A DNA stretch of 59,863 nucleotides, the filler included, from Squatina squatina (taxonomy: Eukaryota), in the NCBI GenBank assembly GCA_031763465.1. It is 3 parts of 3 records of this genome, joined end to end, with 100 filler letters (N's around TTAATTAATTAA, not from the genome) between each part and the next. Parts side by side here need not be neighbours in the genome. Positions count along the whole stretch, not along the records: positions 42,141 to 59,863 come from JARFOE010000234.1; 2 more parts are not named here. One strand, given 5' to 3'. A program made the translations under genes and the position numbers. Below, piece by piece: positions 52,770-59,863 of this stretch. The first letter of the stretch is position 1. Each line of letters begins with the position of its first letter. Below the pieces are notes generated by a model that was not told where the DNA came from, ran no database searches, and was given only the letters and a program-made list of their open reading frames with translations.

Positions 52770-53591
52770 NNNNNNNNNNNNNNNNNNNNNNNNNNNNNNN
52801 NNNNNNNNNNNNNNNNNNNNNNNNNNNNNNNNNNNNNNNNNNNNNNNNNNNNNNNNNNNNNNNNNNNNNCTTAGAACTGACATGATCGGAATTTTTGTTT
52901 ACTATTAGAACACAGATATATTTGCTGCGAGTAGCAAGACACTCTAAATAAGTCTACTGCTCGCATTTAGTTCTGAGGGTTCCAGACTCCCTTTAGGCTG
53001 CCAAGTTGAGTGTGACCACAACTGCCATGCAATGCCCACCAGCCATTAATAATGCCTCCTTTGTACTGCCGTCACATGAACAGTGTGGCGCTATGATTAC
53101 TGTCACTTCAGGCTCATTGTGCGAAGCAGGCTTTCACATCAACCAATTCCACCGAGCTTGCTTTAGTAGGAACACTGTGACTAAATGTGTTTTCGCCCCA
53201 TGGCATTCAAGAGCTTAGCACAGAATTCTTTCACCGCTACGGTTTCAGAATTTCTTCCGCCAAACTGAATAGTTCATTTTGTTTTTAAGTTTCTCCATAC
53301 CAACCTAACCATTTTAAACTGATCAAGGGGAATTTTACACATCAACGTACGCATTGGCTAATACAACTAAAGTGAGTTCCAGATCATGGTTGTTTGTAAA
53401 TTTCAAAAAGGTTCTGAAGTAGGATTTATTTGCCCCATACATACAAAGCAAAAATAAACAACTTGCATTTTGATTAAATGCCAGTGCAACANNNNNNNNN
53501 NNNNNNNNNNNNNNNNNNNNNNNNNNNNNNNNNNNNNNNNNNNNNNNNNNNNNNNNNNNNNNNNNNNNNNNNNNNNNNNNNNNNNNNNNNN

Positions 53592-53805
53592 CAGCACTCC
53601 CTCAGTACTGCCCCTCCGACAGTGCAGCACTACCTCAGTACTGTCCCTCTGACAGTGCAGCACTCCCTCAGTACTGCCCCTCTGACAGTGCAGCACTCCC
53701 TCAGTACGGTCCCTCCAACAGTGCAGCACTACCTCAGTACTGCCCCTCCGACAGTGCAGCACTCCCTCAGTACGGTCCCTCCAACAGTGCAGCACTACCT
53801 CAGTG
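53592..53805. repeat. 33-bp minisatellite derived from the Deu-SINE core, at least 6.5 copies
   Basis: Unit cagcactccctcagtactgcccctccgacagtg is the reverse complement of 45857-45890. Confidence 0.92.
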
Positions 53806-55049
53806 CAGCAGTGGAGTGCCAGCTTAGATTTGGATAAACAATGTGGGGGAAAAAAATTCTCTCCGGCCTCGTACTGAAATGTTAAACTGGCATAGATATA
53901 AACCAGTCTCAGTGAACTGGGAAATAAATACATCATCTGCTAAATATCTCTGTATCTAGCTTAGGGCAAAAGGGATTCTAGTGTAACTGATTTGTAGACC
54001 AAATGTATGCATCATGTCACAAGCTATGGTTCAGTGACTTGGCATGCTGCATTGTGAGTTTGATCCCCGAGGGACAGAGCTAAAGGTTGCACTTGAGAGT
54101 GCTCACAGCTGGATATCGCTTTAAAATCACTGGAAGGTTCAGCTGTTCCAAAACTGGATATGTACTGGCTAATTGCATCGTTTGCCATTCAAAAGAACAC
54201 ACATGCTACCCAATTACTGCTGTCTGCAAAGATCATCTTCAGCAATATTGTCTCTATTACAAACTGATTTTTTTCTTGGCAGAGGTTTCTTACATTTTAA
54301 TCAAAAAAAAAACCTTGATGGAGATCTTGAATGTAACTTAATGCCGTAGGTGTATTTGTCAGTCTGAATTTCAGTCAGAATCCGACCTCTTGCAGAGAAT
54401 GGCTTTAATAGACAGTCAGAAACTGAAGAAGTTTTACCGTAAAGAAGAAACCCATAACTGCATTAGCCTGGTGTGACTCAACTTTAAAGAATTGTTATTA
54501 CAAAAATATAGAATATTATTATTGCCAATTTTCTCCTTTTTTCCTGTCCCGGAGGCATTGAGATATAGCCGTGTTCATTGCCCTCCGGTGTTTAACCTAA
54601 GTGGCAATTTTTCAGACGTGAGTATAGAGAGTGAGACCAGGGCTCTGCTTCTGGGTTCTCCGGCCTGCAATTTTTAGCCCGTTCACTTTAAATGGCGGTA
54701 AAGGGCAGGTTGGCAAGTGCTAAAAAGGACTATCCCAGCCTGGGTATCAGCAGACTAGCTAGCCTTGATGGAGAAGGAGTTTAGTGCCAAATCTTTACAT
54801 TGCCTAGTCAGTTGGGAGCCGGTACCTTGGCTTATTGTTCCCGCCTCCTGCCCTCTTCTCCAGCCCAGGGGTGCTGAGGAAAATTGTTGCTCCACTCATC
54901 CTGGCTGAGGTCAGTTAACTCTGCCCAGATCAGGGATTGAACCTGGGGCCCTCCCTAGTCTGTATGGATCAGCTAATCCACTGAAGAGCTACATCTCTTG
55001 CCTGAACATAAATCCCTGATAAGGATAGTAAAAATGAATACTGTCTTTT

Positions 55050-55555
55050 TTTTTTTAAAAGAAACCATTTATTAACTTTCCAAAAACTGTTAGTTTAGAA
55101 ACATCTTGCATTTGTAAATAACACCCAAAATGGTATTGCAATGCAGAAGAACAAACCCAAAATTTTAAGATTTTATTTACAAAGCTTTTGACTTACATAA
55201 AGATCGATGCTATAACCTCTCTGTAACAGGCAGCCATTTACAAACATGACCATCCAAATCATCTCATCCATTCTCATTGCTATGGAAATAGTCTTAGCAG
55301 GAAACCTAAGAAACCTCAACATCATAAAAAGCACTGGACCAAATTCTACCCAGTTTCACGACTCCCTGTGGGTTTTGGAAGATGGATTAACTGCATTTAG
55401 AAATACAAGGAATGTCAAGACAGTGGCAACTGCTGGCTCGGTGACATTCAGTGCTCTTTCCCACAGTGCTGTGCAGGTACCCAACAGTCGCCAATCTGGG
55501 GTAGGGGTCAGGGTCGGGGAAGGGGAGCGGGGGGCAGTACAGCCCATCCAGTACT
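55050..55555 (-). other. Probable ANP32(B-like) 3' UTR with two AATAAA signals
   Basis: Minus-strand AATAAA at 55177-55172 and 55073-55068; downstream of ANP32 exon 1 across a gap; motif AAAAGCTTTGTAAATAAAATCTTAA recalled from the ANP32B UTR. Confidence 0.55.
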
Positions 55556-55658
55556 NNNNNNNNNNNNNNNNNNNNNNNNNNNNNNNNNNNNNNNNNNNNN
55601 NNNNNNNNNNNNNNNNNNNNNNNNNNNNNNNNNNNNNNNNNNNNNNNNNNNNNNNCCG

Positions 55659-55668
55659 ATGACGTCAT
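55659..55668. promoter_or_regulatory. Full CRE (ATF/CREB) palindrome
   Basis: ATGACGTCAT within the CpG-rich region. Confidence 0.5.
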
Positions 55669-57287
55669 TCTTTTTCTCACCCCCGCGCTACCTCCCCTTT
55701 AAAATAACGATTCGAACGCGGCGACATTTGCAGAATGGATACATTCCGCTCCGGGGAGACTTTAGCGGCGCCTTTGAAGGTTCCATTTCAAAACGTGATA
55801 TAGCAAAAGAGCGAGCGGCGCGTTCCACGAACAATGGGGGAAATTGACCAGTGCCCGGATTACAATGTAGCGACTCGCTCGCTAGTTTTAAAGGCACCTG
55901 GAGCCGGGCCGCCACACCACTGCAGGCGAGCAAGCAAGCATGCAGTCCAAGATCGACTGGAGACAAGAGAAGCTTCTTCGCCACAACAGCAACCACCACG
56001 TATAAATTGTGTGTGTGTTTTTTTTAAACCTATAGATCCCCTCGCCTCCATATTTTACTGAGTGTCAGCAGATTCCAGGAAACTTCTTTACCCGTAATTT
56101 TTTTCTTGTTGCATTTTTTTCTTAATTTAAAAAAAAAATTGGCGGACTTTAAAGTGCTGCTTGGGTGGAAAACGTGCCACCAACATGGCGAACTCTCAAA
56201 GTATTGAGATGGAGATTCTTTCACCTCCCCCTCCCCCCAGTTCAGGTCGTTTTGTAAACCAAATCTCGTCAAAAAATATTTACAATATGACAACTTGGGG
56301 CAGTCTCATATATTCGGATTTTGTAGGAAGGCAAACCCTCCTGGCGAGCAAAACACGGTTGGAAACCGAATACTGCGTGTGGCGGGAAGCATCCGTTCCG
56401 CCGTTTCCTACGCCAAAAGGAAACGAGACAGACCTTTCTCCNNNNNNNNNNNNNNNNNNNNNNNNNNNNNNNNNNNNNNNNNNNNNNNNNNNNNNNNNNN
56501 NNNNNNNNNNNNNNNNNNNNNNNNNNNNNNNNNNNNNNNNNNNNNNNNNNNNNNNNNNNNNNNNNNNNNNNNNNNNNNNNNNNNNNNNNNNNNNNNNNNN
56601 NNNNNNNNNNNNNNNNNNNNNNNNNNNNNNNNNNNNNNNNNNNNNNNNNNNNNNNNNNNNNNNNNNNNNNNNNNNNNNNNNNNNNNNNNNNNNNNNNNNN
56701 NNNNNNNNNNNNNNNNNNNNNNNNNNNNNNNNNNNNNNNNNNNNNNATAATGAAAATATAACTCTCCATGGAGATTACCCCCCCACTCTCCTCCTCCTCC
56801 TCTTTAAAAGGGCGCCTTGACTGTATGTTACAAATATGGCTTCCAGAGTCTTGCAAAAAAAAATCCAGGGAGAGAGAGACCATCTCTTCATCATCCCTCC
56901 ACGTCCTGAGATGAGATACGCCTCCCACTAGAGCAGAAAGTTCTCATTTATTCCGCTCCTCAAAAAAAAATCCAGCTTTCAAACAGTTAAATTACAACAT
57001 AACAGCAACTCCCGCCTCACTTAAACCACTCTCTTATCGCACTTAAAAATATATTTTATGGTTATATTTGTATATATTAAATTCCGCCTTCCTTTTCCAA
57101 GAACTCGCTTTTCAAAAATAACATGACGGCGGTCCTGCTGCAAAAGAAATAAAATGTAAACCATGTGGTCACCGAAGGGTCACGACTACCTTAATTTTTT
57201 TAAAGAAAGTAACGCCAACAAAACTAGCACTAAAAACAAATCTTAGTTACAAAATTACAGTGAGGAAGGGGAGGGGGGGAAGCTTAC

Positions 57288-57341
57288 ATCAGACGGCGTT
57301 CTGTTCCGCAGTTCCAAATGGATTCTCCTTTTCATATCCAT
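57288..57341 (-). CDS. ANP32 family (acidic leucine-rich nuclear phosphoprotein 32, B- or A-like) first coding exon
   Basis: aaaATG GAT; MDMKRRIHLELRNRTPSD then GTAAGC donor; 54 bp; missed by the ORF track. Confidence 0.93.
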
Positions 57342-57594
57342 TTTTTATTTTAAATGGTTTAAGATGATGAATTTGTAGTCCAGGCAAGAAGTCAGTCTTG
57401 ACGATCTACTCTCAGTGTGTCGGTAATGTGACCAAACGCCAAGTTCTCTCCCCGCGCCCAACAGCAGCAGTGCTCAGAGCGAGCGAGAGAACCATGGGTG
57501 GAAATGGAAACTCACTAAAGGCTCACTACCGCCGCCGATGGATATCAAGCATAGCACCCACACACACCCACATCACAGATTGTTAAAGGAACAC

Positions 57595-58114
57595 TTTTTA
57601 CACAGGATATACGGCACACAAACAGGCCATTCGGCCCAACCAGTCTATGCTCCACTCGAGCCTCCTCCCCTTTCCTCATCTAAATCTATCAGCATAACGC
57701 TCTATTCCCCCTCTCTGCTTGACTAGCCTCCCCTTAAATGCATCTATACTATTCGCTTCAACCACTCCCTGTGGTAGCAAGCTCCACATTCTCACCACTC
57801 TCTGGGTAAGAACATAAAGAAGTTTCTTCTGAATTCCCTATTGAATTTCTTGATGACTATCTTATATTGATGGCCTCTAGTTACGCTCTTCCCCACAAGT
57901 GGAAACATTCTGTATCCACTCAATCAAAACCTTTCATAATTTTAAAGATCTCTAATAGGCCTTTTTTCAAGAGAAAAGAAACCCAGCCTGTTCATCCTTT
58001 CCGGATATGGATACACTCATATTTCTGGTATCATCTTTGTAAATCTTCTCTGCACCCTCTCCAGTGCCTCTGTGTCCTTTTTATAATATGGCAACCAGAA
58101 CTGTACACAGTACT
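57595..58114 (-). mobile_element. CR1 LINE 3' end
   Basis: Same family as 51575-52045. Confidence 0.85.
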
Positions 58115-58214
58115 NNNNNNNNNNNNNNNNNNNNNNNNNNNNNNNNNNNNNNNNNNNNNNNNNNNNNNNNNNNNNNNNNNNNNNNNNNNNNNNNNNNNNN
58201 NNNNNNNNNNNNNN

Positions 58215-58289
58215 CGGTGCAGGCTCGAAGGGCCTAATGGCCTACTCCTGCACCTATTTTCTATGTTTCTATGTTTCTATGTTTCTATG
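58215..58289 (+). mobile_element. CR1 3' terminus with (TTTCTATG)n tail
   Basis: gaagggcctaatggcctactcctgc followed by four TTTCTATG units. Confidence 0.8.
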
Positions 58290-59714
58290 AGGTAAGTTTC
58301 ACCAAAATGCACTCTCACATCATTTGTGCATGATGCCATTGTGACAAAATAACACACAGATCTTTTGCTCTCCTCTCCCTCCAAACCATAAAGGCAGTGC
58401 TCATTTAATACTATGATGAATTCTTTTGAAAGGAACTGGATAAGGTTAAACAGACGTATGTAGGCAAAGAAAATCAAAACATCCTGTAGAACACAATGAC
58501 TCCTGCGCTGCTACAACCATGGAGGCTGTAATTTGTGGAAAGCAACCAGCCGATGTTGAATAATGTATGTTGCAAGGTTCAACTGATATACCAGAGTTTT
58601 ATTCACTTTGAAGCCAGTGCATTAAATATATTGGGTGGAAGCATGATTGTAGATGGTCCATAAAGGGAAGGAGCCAAATTAGCTTTTCTTATTTACTTTG
58701 CACAAGTTCAGCATATTCATGTCTCTAATTTATAAAGCTGGAACTGTGCACATGCTGACTGACCTTTATCTCGTAATACTGTACCTGTAAACATCCTAAA
58801 TTTACATCTTCAGCCAACATCTTGCACTGACGTTAATGCTGTCTGCCTAATTCCAAATACTAAGAAGTTCTTGTCCAAGCAAAATGACAAACATTCCACC
58901 TTATTTCAACCTCATAAGTGATAAGATAATCCTCAATGAGATCCATACCAGCAGTGCATTTGAAGGAACAAACATCAGCTGGCAGTGGTCTCACTTCAGA
59001 ACTGGAGAACGATAGCTCTCAGCCCCAATTAGGATATTTTAACTTATCAGACTGGGCGATTGGAGGCATCTTTGTTCCAGTAAAAAATAAAATAATGTTG
59101 CTGTCTCGATTATCCTAGTGAATAATAAAGATCCCATGGTGCTAACTACAAAGTGTAGGTCTAGAAAATATTGTTTCTAATTAAACCCACCAAGTATCTT
59201 TGTTCTCCAAATCTTCAAAAACACACTGGGCTACTTTGGTTAACACTTCTCCAAATAAAAACAAAAGCTGCTGCCCAACCCAAATGCCAGTGCACTGAAA
59301 ATGTTGGAACTCTGCATTTTTGTTTGTATTTTGTTACACAATTTTGTTATAATTACCACAGTAAAAATATGACACTGGTAAGTTACATGTGAAAATTACT
59401 TACAAGTTAGTGCAATAGTAAATTTGTGTGCGTGGGAGTCAATTACATTTTTTTATTGATAAGTTCTCCCTGTAAGAAGGAAGACTCTTGTTAACCATTC
59501 CAATGTTATCCAATCCCAGTATTGCTGTATGCAAAATAATCCCACTTCATTCACCCATGACCATCTGCCTTGCTTGGTGTGACATTTCTAAGGCCCCAGC
59601 AATTTACAAACCTTCATGTTGCAGAGCATTTGATCATTACTGTCTATAAATACCTAGCTCTATAATCTTCAATCCCATCACCAACCCAACCAGATATTCA
59701 TTGAGTTACTTTTT

Positions 59715-59863
59715 AATCCATATAGCCTCCTGTGTAACACACGGTTCAATCCAGACTGCCCCCTGTGTGACACACTGTTCAATCCTTACAGCCTCCTGTG
59801 TAACACACTGTTCAATCCAGACAGCCTCCTGTGCAACACACTGTTCAATCCATACAGCCTCCT
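59715..59863. repeat. 33-bp minisatellite, at least 4.5 copies, runs off the window
   Basis: AATCC anchor at 59715, 59748, 59781, 59814, 59847. Confidence 0.92.

Larger units (their letters stand above)
55656..57560. promoter_or_regulatory. CpG-rich region over ANP32 exon 1 and intron 1
   Basis: Visibly dense CG dinucleotides relative to the rest of the window. Confidence 0.65.

Noticed and set aside
53592-53805. CRISPR-like array of ~33-bp repeats
   Set aside because: Units are head-to-tail with no unique spacers, derive from a SINE, and there are no cas genes; the context is vertebrate
53403-53936. Repetitive His/Cys protein (VLHCxRxSTE repeats)
   Set aside because: Translation artefact of the 33-bp minisatellite

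Overview
Eukaryotic (vertebrate) genomic DNA, most likely a cartilaginous fish (shark), judged from SacSINE1/Deu-type SINEs, CR1/L2 LINEs and Harbinger relics. It is a gappy draft made of three pieces joined by artificial N44-TTAATTAATTAA-N44 linkers (1-21366, 21466-42040, 42141-59863). Piece 1 holds four MTOR exons on the minus strand, with ANGPTL7 nested antisense in one MTOR intron. Piece 2 holds four ADCY1 exons (+), a LINE/Gypsy/Harbinger cluster, then exon 1 of an IGFBP that lies in the IGFBP1 position but looks IGFBP4-like. Piece 3 holds two TIAM2-like exons (+), four MEGF10-like exons (-), and an ANP32(B-like) gene (-) with its CpG island and 3' UTR. Many exons are hidden in N gaps. 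I found no prokaryotic-type system (CRISPR, operon, defence island) and cannot support a wholly new biological system. The best leads concern paralogue identity and synteny, an apparently frame-disrupted MEGF10-like exon, and some repeat-derived structures. Comparisons to human proteins, exon sizes and exon numbers are from memory, not from a search.
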